A DNA stretch of 64,000 nt, taken from Planctomycetota bacterium. Its GTDB lineage: Bacteria > Planctomycetota > UBA1135 > UBA2386. The notes below the pieces were generated by a model that was not told the DNA's origin, did no database searches, and saw only the letters and a list, made by a program, of their open reading frames with translations. The translations under genes were made by a program, and so were the position numbers. The stretch is from contig OZ245838.1 in assembly GCA_965228735.1 (NCBI GenBank), forward strand, positions 384,001-448,000, read 5' to 3'. Below are positions 40,698 to 50,572 of the stretch, one piece after another. Within the stretch, counting starts at the first letter, position 1. Each line of letters begins with the position of its first letter.

Positions 40698-40735
40698 CTA
40701 GCGTGGACTGTCCGGTCGGTCGCTCCGCGGCGGCG

Positions 40736-41974
40736 TCAAGGTCGGATCACGATCTCCGCGGCGAACGCGAGCGTGCGGTCCTCGTCGATCGTCGCCCACT
40801 TCCGCAGCGTCGCGACCGAGGGCGTCACCTTGGCGTCGTGCACGACCTCGCCGTTGCGCTCGATGACGATCGGCTGCTCGAGGTCGAACTCGGAGGGTGA
40901 GATCAGCAGGCGAAAGCGCCGCACGCGCAGCGTCGTGGCGGTGACCCGGTTGCCGTCGCGAACGACGTCGACCCGACCCCAGTCGGAGCGCGGCTGCGTC
41001 GGTCCGCGCAGTTGGATCCGCGTGCCCCAGCGCGGCAGGATGTTGTCGGGTTCGACATCGCGCCGCGCTCGCGGTGGTTCGAGTTCGTCGATGACGAGCC
41101 AGCTGCGGCGGTGGTAGCGGTCCGTGCGTTCGGTCGCCCACGACAGGCGGTCCGGCAGCGGGTCGCGTTCGGTGCCGAACAGGAAGCGCGCGAACTGTTC
41201 CTCGCGTTCGCGCGGAATACGGAGCGAGTGGCCCTGACCGGGCAGCACGTAGTGCTCGATGTCGGCGCCCGCCGCGGTGAACAGCGCGAGGTAGCGGCGC
41301 AGGTGTTGGATCGGCACCTTCGGGTCGCGCTCGCCGTAGCCGAGGTGGAACCGCTGCCCCGCGAGGTTGGAGACGTGCATCTGGCCGTCGGGCCGGAACT
41401 CCCGGCGCACGAGTCGGTCGGGCGGCGCGACGTGACCGGCGAAGCCGGCCCAGCGGTCGGGGGTCCGCATCGCCTGGAAGAACACCGCCGCGCCGCCATC
41501 CGAGTTGCCGTAGAGCACGACGCGGTTCTCGTCGATGTTCCACGTCGCCTTGGCCTCGCGCAGGATCGCCTCGAAGTTCTCGACCTGACTCCATTCCCAC
41601 CACATCGAGTCCCACCAACCCGCCGGCAGGATGACGATCTGGCCGCGCGGAATGCGCCATCCGGGCGACCACGACCCATCGAGCTTCTGCCACTCGGGCG
41701 CGCCCATGCCGCCGTGCAGGTCGAAGCGCACGGGCCAGCGGCGGTCGGGCGTGTAATCCTCGGGCACGAGGATCATGTACGGGTGGCGCACGCCAGCGGA
41801 GCTGGTGCGCTCGCGCAGGATGCGCCCCGTGGGAACGTCCGTGGCGTACTCGCGCCCCCTTCGATGTCGTGCCAACGCCCCCTGGAAGTCGTCGTCTTGT
41901 TGCGCGTCGAGGACACTGGCAAGGGTGACGATGGCAATCGCGGTGAGGCTTCGGACGTGGCGCATTGCTGGCAT
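40736..41974 (-). CDS. Secreted alpha/beta hydrolase (esterase/peptidase-like)
   Basis: Signal peptide, LHGG, GNSDG, D and H of the catalytic triad (RDP, QGH). Confidence 0.75.
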   Translation of the reverse strand: MPAMRHVRSLTAIAIVTLASVLDAQQDDDFQGALARHRRGREYATDVPTGRILRERTSSAGVRHPYMILVPEDYTPDRRWPVRFDLHGGMGAPEWQKLDGSWSPGWRIPRGQIVILPAGWWDSMWWEWSQVENFEAILREAKATWNIDENRVVLYGNSDGGAAVFFQAMRTPDRWAGFAGHVAPPDRLVRREFRPDGQMHVSNLAGQRFHLGYGERDPKVPIQHLRRYLALFTAAGADIEHYVLPGQGHSLRIPREREEQFARFLFGTERDPLPDRLSWATERTDRYHRRSWLVIDELEPPRARRDVEPDNILPRWGTRIQLRGPTQPRSDWGRVDVVRDGNRVTATTLRVRRFRLLISPSEFDLEQPIVIERNGEVVHDAKVTPSVATLRKWATIDEDRTLAFAAEIVIRP

Positions 41975-42032
41975 CGTGGGGGCAGTTGCCGCGGCGGCCC
42001 GCGAGGACTCGGGATTCCACCGCGGGCCAGGC

Positions 42033-42065
42033 ATCCACACAGGATCCACACAGGATCCACACATC
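42033..42065 (+). repeat. Three tandem 11-bp direct repeats (ATCCACACAGG x2 + ATCCACACATC)
   Basis: Read directly in the intergenic region between divergent genes. Confidence 0.85.
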
Positions 42066-42215
42066 TTCGCGCCACGCGCGTAGCCGTGTCGACTTGACGA
42101 TGTCGAGCGGTAACGGCACCGTCAGCTTTCAGCCGCCTTGATTGGTGTGCGCCTGACCGTGATCGGCAGCGGACCGACGTATACTCGCGGGCGTCCCACC
42201 CCGTCCCGGAGCACC

Positions 42216-43616
42216 ATGAAAATCAGCCCCTTCGTTCTCGCCGCCCTCCTCAGCACCGTCGCCATTCCCGCGCAGGTCGTCGATCACTACTGGGTCGACG
42301 CCGTCAACGGCAGCGACTCGTTCCCCGGCACCCGGGCCCAGCCGTTCCGCACGATGGCGTGGGCCGTCGGCGTCAACTTCGCCAACGTGCACATCCACGT
42401 CCTGCCGGGCGTCTACAGTCCGAGCACGACGGGCGACTTCTTCGATCAGGCGCTCAACGTGCCGGCGCGGCTCGATCTGGCGGGGATCCAGAACATCAAG
42501 ATCACCGGCGTCGACAAGGATACCTGCATCTTCGACTTCGGCGCCGGGAACGGGATCTGGGGCTACATCCGGATCGCGAGCGGTTCGACCGATGTCGAGA
42601 TCAGCAACCTGACGATGCGCAACGCCGGCGTCGACCCGTGGGGCAACGGCGCGATCACGGTGGACAGCGGCGCGCAGGACGTCGACATCCACAGCTGCTA
42701 CTTCGAGCAGACCTACAGCACGCTGATCGTGTGGGGCGGGTTCGACGTCGCGTTCCACGACAACGTGATCACGGACGCCGTGCCCAACACGGGCACGTGG
42801 CCGAGCGTCGGCGTGCGGGTGCGCACCAACGGCAGCACCGGCGACCGGACCTACATCTACAACAACACGTTCTACGCGATCGGTCAGGGCATCTCGTGGA
42901 GCAACGACGCCAACAACCCGCAGCAGTGGATCATGAACAACGTGGTCCTCGACGGCACGGCGACGGGGTTTCCCAACAGCGCCTACCAGGGTCCGCACGT
43001 CGTGTTCGAGAACAACCTGGCCTTCAACTGCGCGGTTTGGAACTACGACCCCGTGATCGGTCCGACCGGCAGCGGTGCCGCGCTGTCGCTGAGCAATCTC
43101 GAGGTCGACCCGATGCTCGCCAACCCGGCGGCTGGCGACTACTCGCTGGCTGCAGGCTCGCCGTGCATCGAGACCGGATCGGCGATGACGCACCCGTTCA
43201 TGATGAACGACTACGCGAACAACAACCGCGCGGTCGACTCCGACGAGGACGGCCAGGCCATCCCCGACCGCGGCGCGATCGAGTCCACCGATCTCGCGCT
43301 CGTCGTGACCAACTTCGGTCAGGGGCAGACCGCGAACATCGACATCCAGACGACCAACCCGGGCACCTGGGTCATCGGCGCGTTGCTCATGAGCTTCCAG
43401 AAGGCGCCGGCCTACAACCCGTGGTGGGGCATGGCCGGCCTCGACCCGGCGGCGATCGTCTCGATCCCGAGCATCCCCGGGACGCTGATCGGGCTGCCGT
43501 TCCCCGCGTTCCCCGGCCTCGACGGCCTGCAGGTGCACATGCAGTTCGCGGGCTTGAAACAGATCGGCAACGTGGTCGTGGTCAAGGGCAGCGGGCTGAG
43601 CACGAACGTGCTGTGA
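42216..43616 (+). CDS. Secreted right-handed beta-helix protein (DUF1565-like N-terminus)
   Basis: YWVDAVNGSD..PGT..QPFRT, LPGVY, NNTFY, GDYSLAAGSPCI, DRGAIE. Confidence 0.8.
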   Translation: MKISPFVLAALLSTVAIPAQVVDHYWVDAVNGSDSFPGTRAQPFRTMAWAVGVNFANVHIHVLPGVYSPSTTGDFFDQALNVPARLDLAGIQNIKITGVDKDTCIFDFGAGNGIWGYIRIASGSTDVEISNLTMRNAGVDPWGNGAITVDSGAQDVDIHSCYFEQTYSTLIVWGGFDVAFHDNVITDAVPNTGTWPSVGVRVRTNGSTGDRTYIYNNTFYAIGQGISWSNDANNPQQWIMNNVVLDGTATGFPNSAYQGPHVVFENNLAFNCAVWNYDPVIGPTGSGAALSLSNLEVDPMLANPAAGDYSLAAGSPCIETGSAMTHPFMMNDYANNNRAVDSDEDGQAIPDRGAIESTDLALVVTNFGQGQTANIDIQTTNPGTWVIGALLMSFQKAPAYNPWWGMAGLDPAAIVSIPSIPGTLIGLPFPAFPGLDGLQVHMQFAGLKQIGNVVVVKGSGLSTNVL

Positions 43617-43668
43617 ACGCGCCCTGTTCGGGCTGGCATCGGCGCGCCGTTCGCTCCAAAACCCGAGC

Positions 43669-44505
43669 ATGATTCCCTACGAGCCGAAGCAGTGGTGGCG
43701 GATCCTCTTCGACTTCCAGCGCAGTCCGGTGTTCCGCACGCTGATGCTGGACGTGATCGGCGCCGGTGCGTGGGCCGCGCTCGTGGTGTGGATCGAGACT
43801 GACGTCTTTCACGTGGCGGTGCCGCTCGGGCCGGCGTTCCTGTCGATCCTCGGCATCATCCTCGGCCTGCTGCTCGTCTTCCGGACCAACACCGCGTACG
43901 ACCGCTGGTGGGAGGGCCGCAAGGTCTGGGGTCATCTCGTCAACGTCTCGCGCGGGCTCGCGCACCAGCTCGACGCGCAGCTCATGACGACGGCACCCGA
44001 GCGGCGCGGGGTCTACGCCGAGCACATCGCGCGGTTTCCGGAGCTGCTGATGGTGCACCTGCGTCAGCCGCGCGACTTCGTCGGTGAGCACGAGCCGAAC
44101 GGGCTGCTCACGGACCTCCATCGGGACGTCCACAGCGACATCGAGAGCGGCAAACTCGCCGAGGGCGCGCGCATCACGCTGCAGCCGCTGCTGCAGGCGT
44201 TCGACGACGTGCTCGGCAAGTGCGAGCGCATCCGCAAGACGCCGATCCCGTTCAGCTACTCGTCGTACATCAAGCAGTTCGTGCTGCTCTACGCGCTCGT
44301 GATGCCGTTCGGCCTCGTCACCGAGTTCGGTTACGGCGCGGTGATCGCGTCGATGTTCGCGTTCTTCGCGACGATGGGACTCGAACTGCTCGCGACCGAG
44401 ATCGAGGAGCCGTTCGGCACGGACCCGAACGATCTCCCGCTCGAGACGATCGGCGAGACGATCGCGCGGGACGTGCGGGAGATCCTCGGGGCGTCGCCCG
44501 ACTGA
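43669..44505 (+). CDS. Bestrophin family ion channel
   Basis: LLVFRTNTAYDRWWEGRK, CERIRKTPIPFSY, IEEPFGTDPNDLP. Confidence 0.93.
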   Translation: MIPYEPKQWWRILFDFQRSPVFRTLMLDVIGAGAWAALVVWIETDVFHVAVPLGPAFLSILGIILGLLLVFRTNTAYDRWWEGRKVWGHLVNVSRGLAHQLDAQLMTTAPERRGVYAEHIARFPELLMVHLRQPRDFVGEHEPNGLLTDLHRDVHSDIESGKLAEGARITLQPLLQAFDDVLGKCERIRKTPIPFSYSSYIKQFVLLYALVMPFGLVTEFGYGAVIASMFAFFATMGLELLATEIEEPFGTDPNDLPLETIGETIARDVREILGASPD

Positions 44506-44540
44506 GCGAGGTACTGCGGAGCGGGGTACTGCTGGGCGTG

Positions 44541-46625
44541 CTACTGCGTCCCGCCGAGCAGGGTGTCGACCCCTTCGCTCGCCTTGAGCCCGAGCGCGTT
44601 CGCCGCCGGCTGCAGCGAGAAGTACTGCGAGTAGACGTGCCCGCCGAGCAGCTGCGGGTGCTGGAACGTCTGCGTGACCGCGAGGTAGCCTTGCACGTCG
44701 GCGACCCCAAAGATCGTCGCCAGCGGATCGACCCGGACGTAGCACGTCGGCGCTCCCAGCTGGGCGAGCGAGAACGGCAGCGGCGTCACGCCGCTGAGCT
44801 GGTTCGACAATCCCATCGCGAGCACGGCGGGCGTCCCGGGCTGCGTGTTGGCCATGACGAACCGCAGGGGCTCGCCCAGCTCGGGGTGGCCGTCGACATC
44901 GTGGTAGGGTCGCCACGGATACGAACCGCAACCGCTGCCGAACTGGGTGACGAGTCCGTTGTGGTGGGTGCCGTAGCGGTAACCGTAGACGCCTTGGTCC
45001 AGGGTGAGGCCCGTGTGGGCGTAGCCGGCGCACACGCCGCGTTGCCAGTTGAGCATGCGCAGAGTGCCGATGAACTGCCCGGCCATCGCCGGCACGCCGA
45101 CGTAGACCTGCATCCACCCCGGGTTGCTGTGCCACACCTTGGCGACGAACTGGATGCGGTTGCCGCCCGGTTCGACGAGGTCACAGACGTACCCGGCGTA
45201 GGTCAGCTGCTCGGTCGGCGTGAGCAGGTTGTCGTCGCGATACATGACGTAGAGGTCCGGGCGGAAGCCGCCGGTCTGTAGACGCCAACGCCCGAGCCAC
45301 TGATCGGTGTCGACGGGCAACGAGTTGTTGAACACTGGCGTCAGGTAGCCGTCGTTGGCCAGAATCGTCGACGGTGTGCGCGCGTAGCCGCCGTAGGGCG
45401 GGTTCGGCAGCGGGCCCGGGTTGTCGTAGTGCTCGCCGGCGAGCTCCTCACCGTCGTCGTCGACGACGCGGTAACGAAACTTGCGGCCCACGGTCGGGCT
45501 CTCGCGCAGCTCGTCCCAGCGCATGTTGTCGTTGGGCGCGTTCTTGAACCAGAAGGTCAGCTCCTTGCCCTGGACGTAGCCGTTCACGCGGTGCGCGACC
45601 CCGTTGTGGTCGTAGAACGTGCCGATGCGATTGTCCGCGATGTTGATGTTCGCCGCCTGGAACCACGTGTCCATCACGTGCGGCAGGTGATAGACGTCGA
45701 GGATGCCGCGCCAGCCGTCGAAGCAGATGCTGCGGCGGCCGAGGAACTGCAGCTCGGGCCAGCCGTGCGGCGTGTTCGCACCCGTCATGTAGCCGGCGCG
45801 GCGACCGTAGGCCTGCACGTAGTCGTAGCCGATCCGCGTGAAGCCGCCGGGGTGGCTCGTCTCGCCCCAGGAGTTCTTCACGGTGAAGTACCAGTCCTGC
45901 GGGTTCGGCGACGTGCGGTCGTAGCCGACGATCAGCATCGAGTGCCAGCCGATGCTGATCGAGCCCGTGACCGCCCGCCAGATCGCGCCGCGACTGCCGC
46001 GGCAGTCGAAGTCCCAGACGACGTCGTGGCCCGCCTGCAACACGGCCTCGATCGCGGTGGTGCTGTCGGGCTGGGGCATGTCGACGTAGCCCGACGCGGA
46101 GTAGTAGACGGGCGCGGTCAGCGCCGCCCGCGGCAGGTTGACCGGGTCGAGGTTGAAGCTGTTGGTCGTGAACTGCGAATCCCAATAGGAGTTGTTCCAC
46201 GCCGGCAGGTTCGGATACGGCGTCGTGCGATACGGCATGTAGACCTCGCTCGGCACGGCGAAGTGCCCGCCCGCGAGCTGTCGCGCGATGCCGGTGCCCT
46301 CGCCGCCCCCGAACGCGCCCACCTGGTTCTCGCGGAAGTCCGAGCCGCCGGCCGCGATCGGCGCCCAGTCGCGGTTGAGCCACATCGTCTTGTGGACGTA
46401 GTTGCAGAACTCCTCGGACAGGTCGAGGGTCAGCCCATTGCGCTTGTAGCGCGCCTCGAGCGCCGCGACCGCCGCGAACATGATGCAGGTCGTCCGATTG
46501 CCCTGGTTCTGGATCGCGGTTTGCCAGTGGGTGTGATCGACGGCGGCCTGGGCCGTGGCCTTGCCCGTCAGGGCGGGAAGTGCCAGTGCGATGGCGAGAA
46601 CGGCGCGGGGGAGGGTCGGTTGCAT
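44541..46625 (-). CDS. Secreted C1 (papain-like) cysteine peptidase with extra domains
   Basis: QNQGNRTTC, DLSEE, WHSMLIVGY, VKNSWG. Confidence 0.85.
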   Translation of the reverse strand: MQPTLPRAVLAIALALPALTGKATAQAAVDHTHWQTAIQNQGNRTTCIMFAAVAALEARYKRNGLTLDLSEEFCNYVHKTMWLNRDWAPIAAGGSDFRENQVGAFGGGEGTGIARQLAGGHFAVPSEVYMPYRTTPYPNLPAWNNSYWDSQFTTNSFNLDPVNLPRAALTAPVYYSASGYVDMPQPDSTTAIEAVLQAGHDVVWDFDCRGSRGAIWRAVTGSISIGWHSMLIVGYDRTSPNPQDWYFTVKNSWGETSHPGGFTRIGYDYVQAYGRRAGYMTGANTPHGWPELQFLGRRSICFDGWRGILDVYHLPHVMDTWFQAANINIADNRIGTFYDHNGVAHRVNGYVQGKELTFWFKNAPNDNMRWDELRESPTVGRKFRYRVVDDDGEELAGEHYDNPGPLPNPPYGGYARTPSTILANDGYLTPVFNNSLPVDTDQWLGRWRLQTGGFRPDLYVMYRDDNLLTPTEQLTYAGYVCDLVEPGGNRIQFVAKVWHSNPGWMQVYVGVPAMAGQFIGTLRMLNWQRGVCAGYAHTGLTLDQGVYGYRYGTHHNGLVTQFGSGCGSYPWRPYHDVDGHPELGEPLRFVMANTQPGTPAVLAMGLSNQLSGVTPLPFSLAQLGAPTCYVRVDPLATIFGVADVQGYLAVTQTFQHPQLLGGHVYSQYFSLQPAANALGLKASEGVDTLLGGTQ

Positions 46626-46792
46626 CGGATTGCTCGCCTCGGTGGATGCCCGGGGCTCGGCCGGCCGCACGCTTGATTTCGAGGAATCGTGAGACACCGC
46701 GGAAAAGGTCGGAATCCCCGTGCTGCGCGCCGCCCTCCGGGCATCCACACCGCAGGCTGCGCGCGCGCGGCGGTATCCTCTCTCGCAGCCCG

Positions 46793-47404
46793 ATGACGCC
46801 CCAAGATGACTTCGATCGCGAGCTCGCCCGGGCGGCCACCGGCAGTCCGGAAGCGATCGACGCGCTCCTGGACCGGTATCTCAACCGCCTGCGCGCGTTC
46901 ATCCGGCTGCGCATGCACGCGCGCCTCCGGCAATACGAGTCGTGTTCGGACCTCGTGCAGTCCGTCTGCCGCGAAGTGCTGACGGCGCAGGAGCGGTTCG
47001 AGTTCCGCGGCGAGGCGGCGTTCCGCTCGTGGCTGTTCACGACCGCGCTGCGCAAGATCACGCGGCGGTCGCGCTACCTCACGGCGCAGCGGCGGGATCG
47101 CGATCGCCAGGTGCTCGCGGCCGATCTGCCGGACTACGACCAGCTGCTCGCCGGCGTCTCTCCAGAACACAGTCCGAGCACGGTCGCGATGGCCGCGGAG
47201 CACGCCGAACGACTGGAGCAGGCGTTCGACCGCCTGCCGGACGATTATCGCGAGGTCATCACGCTCGCGCGCGTGGCCGAGCTGCCGCTGCGTGACGTCG
47301 CGCACGCGATGGAACGCAGCGAGGGCGCGACGCGCATGCTGCTCAACCGGGCACTCGTTCAGCTGGCTCGCGAGCTCGATCGCGACGAAGGCGGGCCGGC
47401 ATGA
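46793..47404 (+). CDS. ECF RNA polymerase sigma factor
   Basis: SDLVQSVCRE, FRSWL, LPDDYREVI...LLNRAL. Its stop overlaps the kinase start. Confidence 0.88.
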   Translation: MTPQDDFDRELARAATGSPEAIDALLDRYLNRLRAFIRLRMHARLRQYESCSDLVQSVCREVLTAQERFEFRGEAAFRSWLFTTALRKITRRSRYLTAQRRDRDRQVLAADLPDYDQLLAGVSPEHSPSTVAMAAEHAERLEQAFDRLPDDYREVITLARVAELPLRDVAHAMERSEGATRMLLNRALVQLARELDRDEGGPA

Positions 47405-50400
47405 GCTCGCGGGTGGTGTCCCACCAGGCCGCAGACTCGGCCGATGACCCGGTCGATCGTCTGTTGCTGCGCTGGATCGAGAGCGAACCGGGGCAACGCG
47501 ACCGCGTGCTCACCCGACTCTGCGACGAGCAACCCGAGCTCGCCGTGGTGTTGCGGCGGCGGGCGAAGAGCCTGTTGGACGCCGGCCTGCTCGACACCGC
47601 CGCCCCGGCGCGCCCGCTCGATCGGCTCGGCCCGTTCCGGCTGCAGCGCATGATCGGCGGGGGCGGCATGGGGGTCGTCTACCTCGCCCGGCAGGACGAT
47701 CCCGCGCGTGACGTCGCGGTGAAGCTGCTGCGCCCGGAGTTCCAGCCGTTCGAGCGTTCGCGCGAGCGTTTCCGCCGCGAGATCGCAGCCGTCTCGCGGT
47801 TGCAGCATCCCGGGATCGTGCCGGTCTACGACTGCGGCGAGGACCAGAACGTGCTCTACCTCGCGATGGAGCACGTGGCTGGCATCACCCTGGCCGAGCT
47901 GCTGCGGTCGTTGCCGCACCGGTCGGCCGAACGGTTGCGCGGCAGCGACGTGCTCGCGGTGGTCGCCGATCACTCCGAGCCGCAGCCGGCGTTGCGTGAA
48001 CTCTGCCGCGGCAGCTGGGTCGAGTTCTGCCTGCGCGTCGTCCGCGCGATCGCCGTGGCGTTGCAGCACGCGCACGAACGCGGCGTCGTGCACCGTGACG
48101 TCAAGCCGTCCAACGTGATGCTCGGCTTCGACGGTCGCGTCATGCTGATGGACTTCGGCCTCGCCCAGGCGAGCGGCGTCACGCGGCTGACCGCGAGCGG
48201 GGCGCAGGCGGGCTCGTTGCCCTACATGGCACCGGAGCAGCTGCGAGGTGCGGTGACCGATGCCCGCACCGACGTCTACGGCCTGGCGGTGACGTGCTAC
48301 GAACTGCTGTCACTCGCGTGCCCGTACTGGGAGGACGGGCCCGAGGCGCTGCGGGCGCGCATCCTCGAAGCGCGGCCCGTGCCGCTCGCGCACCGCAATC
48401 GGTTCGTGGGGCGAGCCGCCGAACTCGTCTGTCACAAGGCCATGGATCCGGTGCCCGGCCGGCGGTACGCGAGCGCCGCCGCGTTCGCCGACGATCTCGA
48501 CGCGGTGCTCCAGCACCGATCGGTGCGCGCGCGGCCGCCCTCGCTGCTGCGGCGCACCGCGCGCTGGTGTCAGCGCTATCCGACCGCGACCGTGGCGCTC
48601 GTCGCCGTCGTGCTGCTCGCCGTCGGCGGGCCACTGCTCGTGAACGTGAGCCTGCGATCGCAGCGGGACGAGGCGCTGCAGCAGGCGTATTCGGCGCACG
48701 TCGTCGCCGCGGCGTTCTACTTGTCGATCCACAACGCGCTCGGTGCCAAGCAGCAGCTGCAGGCCTGTGACCCCGAGCTGCGGGGATTCGAGTGGCACCA
48801 TCTCGACCGGGTTGCGGATCAGAGCATCGGGCACCTGCCGGAACGGCGGGGTTACTTCGCGGCGGTGCACTGGGCGGGCGACGTGCTCGTGCATGCCGGC
48901 GAGAACGACGGCACGGTCGCCGTGCTGCAGCCCGACGGCACGCGGCTCTGGCACCGGTCGCTGGCCGGCATGCGCTGGCTCGACGTCAGTTCGGACGGTC
49001 GGACGATCGCGGTCGCCGACGGCTCGGACCGCATCACGCGCCTCGATGTCACGACGGGCACGCCGCTCCCGTCGTGGGCCGCTCCCGACGCGATGCCGGT
49101 GCGGTGGCTGCAGTTCCTCGGCGACGACGGCGGCCTGGCGCTCGGTTCGCAGGCCGGGTCGGTGGTCGTGCTCGATCGGGACGGCGCGGTGCGATACCGC
49201 GCCGAAGGCCTGCCCCCGGCGAGCCGAGCGGTCACGCGGGATGGTCGTCGACTGCTCGCGGCCGATCTCGGCGACGCACCGTTCGCAGAACTCTGGGACC
49301 TCGAGCGACGTGAGCGGATCGTCGAGATCGGCCGTGGGCGAGCGGTCTGGTCCGCGGCGTTCCGCGGTGACGGGGAACGCCTCGCGATCGGTTGCGAGGA
49401 GGGCGTCATCGAGGTGTTCGATCGTGACGGCGCACGCCTGGCGAGCGTCGTCGGGCACGCCGGCCGAACGGTGAATGCGGTCCGCTTCGCCAGCGCGGAT
49501 TCGCTGTGGACGGTCGGCAACGACGGCACGATGCAGCGGTGGCACCCGGACAACGGCGAACGCGGCGAGACGCGCTACGGCCACGAAGCGATCGTTCTCG
49601 ATCTCGATCTGCACGACAGCGACGGTCGCATCGCGACGGTCTCGCCGTTCGACGGCGTGCGGATCTGGGACGGTGGATCGGCGCCGCATCGCACGATCCT
49701 GCCGGCCGTGGGGGGCGGCGCCGAGGGGCTCGCGTGGAGCCCGGACGATCGGTTGCTCCACGTCGCGTGCTCCGACGGGGCGGCCCGAACCTGGGACGCC
49801 GCGGCGAGACGCCGGCTCGCGACGCTGCCCGCCAGCTCGCGATTGTCCGGCTGTGCCCGCACCGGCGACTTCCTCTTCGGCATCGGCTTCGATCCCGAGC
49901 ACGCGCTAGTGCGTTGGGACCTCGAGGCCGGCGGGACGGCGACGGCGCTGTCGGTCGCGGGGTTCGAAGACGTCGCGATCGCCACGCATCCGCGTTCGGG
50001 CGTGATCGCGTGCGGCCATGCCGACGGCTCGATCCGGCTCTTCGACGCCGAGTCGCTCACCGAACTCACGCGTTTGCCCGGTGCCGGCGGGCCGGCCACG
50101 GCGTTGGCGTTCTCGCCCCGGGGCGACGTGCTGGCCGTGGGAGATCTCGAGGGCAACCTGGTGATCCTCGATGTCGACTCGGGCCGTCGCCTCGCGGCGA
50201 CGAAAGCGCGCGACGGGCTGCGCGCGCTCGCGTTCCGCGGCGGCGATCTCTGGTGCGGTGAGGGCAATGCCGTTGTCGTGCGAGACGCCGCCACGCTCGC
50301 GGAGCGCCTGTCGCTGTCCGGCCACCAGGGCTGGGTGCACGACCTCACGGTCGCGCCGGACGGCCGCCGCGTCGCGTCGGCATCGCACGACGGCACGGTG

Positions 50401-50562
50401 CGCGTGTGGCACGCCGACCGCGGTGACTGCCTGCTCGTGCTGACGGGGTCCGGCGCCTACGTCTACGCGGTGCTGTTCGACGGCTCAGGGGAGTCGCTCG
50501 CCGCGGGGTGCGCGGACGGCAGCGTCTATCTCTGGAACGGTGCGGCGCGGTCGATGCGGTGA
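47401..50562 (+). CDS. Ser/Thr protein kinase with WD40 repeats
   Basis: IGGGGMGVVY, HRDVKPSN, DFG, YMAPE; GH...D..(V/I)W repeats. Confidence 0.92.
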   Translation: MSSRVVSHQAADSADDPVDRLLLRWIESEPGQRDRVLTRLCDEQPELAVVLRRRAKSLLDAGLLDTAAPARPLDRLGPFRLQRMIGGGGMGVVYLARQDDPARDVAVKLLRPEFQPFERSRERFRREIAAVSRLQHPGIVPVYDCGEDQNVLYLAMEHVAGITLAELLRSLPHRSAERLRGSDVLAVVADHSEPQPALRELCRGSWVEFCLRVVRAIAVALQHAHERGVVHRDVKPSNVMLGFDGRVMLMDFGLAQASGVTRLTASGAQAGSLPYMAPEQLRGAVTDARTDVYGLAVTCYELLSLACPYWEDGPEALRARILEARPVPLAHRNRFVGRAAELVCHKAMDPVPGRRYASAAAFADDLDAVLQHRSVRARPPSLLRRTARWCQRYPTATVALVAVVLLAVGGPLLVNVSLRSQRDEALQQAYSAHVVAAAFYLSIHNALGAKQQLQACDPELRGFEWHHLDRVADQSIGHLPERRGYFAAVHWAGDVLVHAGENDGTVAVLQPDGTRLWHRSLAGMRWLDVSSDGRTIAVADGSDRITRLDVTTGTPLPSWAAPDAMPVRWLQFLGDDGGLALGSQAGSVVVLDRDGAVRYRAEGLPPASRAVTRDGRRLLAADLGDAPFAELWDLERRERIVEIGRGRAVWSAAFRGDGERLAIGCEEGVIEVFDRDGARLASVVGHAGRTVNAVRFASADSLWTVGNDGTMQRWHPDNGERGETRYGHEAIVLDLDLHDSDGRIATVSPFDGVRIWDGGSAPHRTILPAVGGGAEGLAWSPDDRLLHVACSDGAARTWDAAARRRLATLPASSRLSGCARTGDFLFGIGFDPEHALVRWDLEAGGTATALSVAGFEDVAIATHPRSGVIACGHADGSIRLFDAESLTELTRLPGAGGPATALAFSPRGDVLAVGDLEGNLVILDVDSGRRLAATKARDGLRALAFRGGDLWCGEGNAVVVRDAATLAERLSLSGHQGWVHDLTVAPDGRRVASASHDGTVRVWHADRGDCLLVLTGSGAYVYAVLFDGSGESLAAGCADGSVYLWNGAARSMR

Positions 50563-50572
50563 GCAACAGAGC

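Noticed and set aside
42031..42065. DnaA-box or oriC interpretation of the ATCCACA repeats
   Set aside because: Two mismatches to TTATCCACA, no AT-rich unwinding element and no dnaA context.
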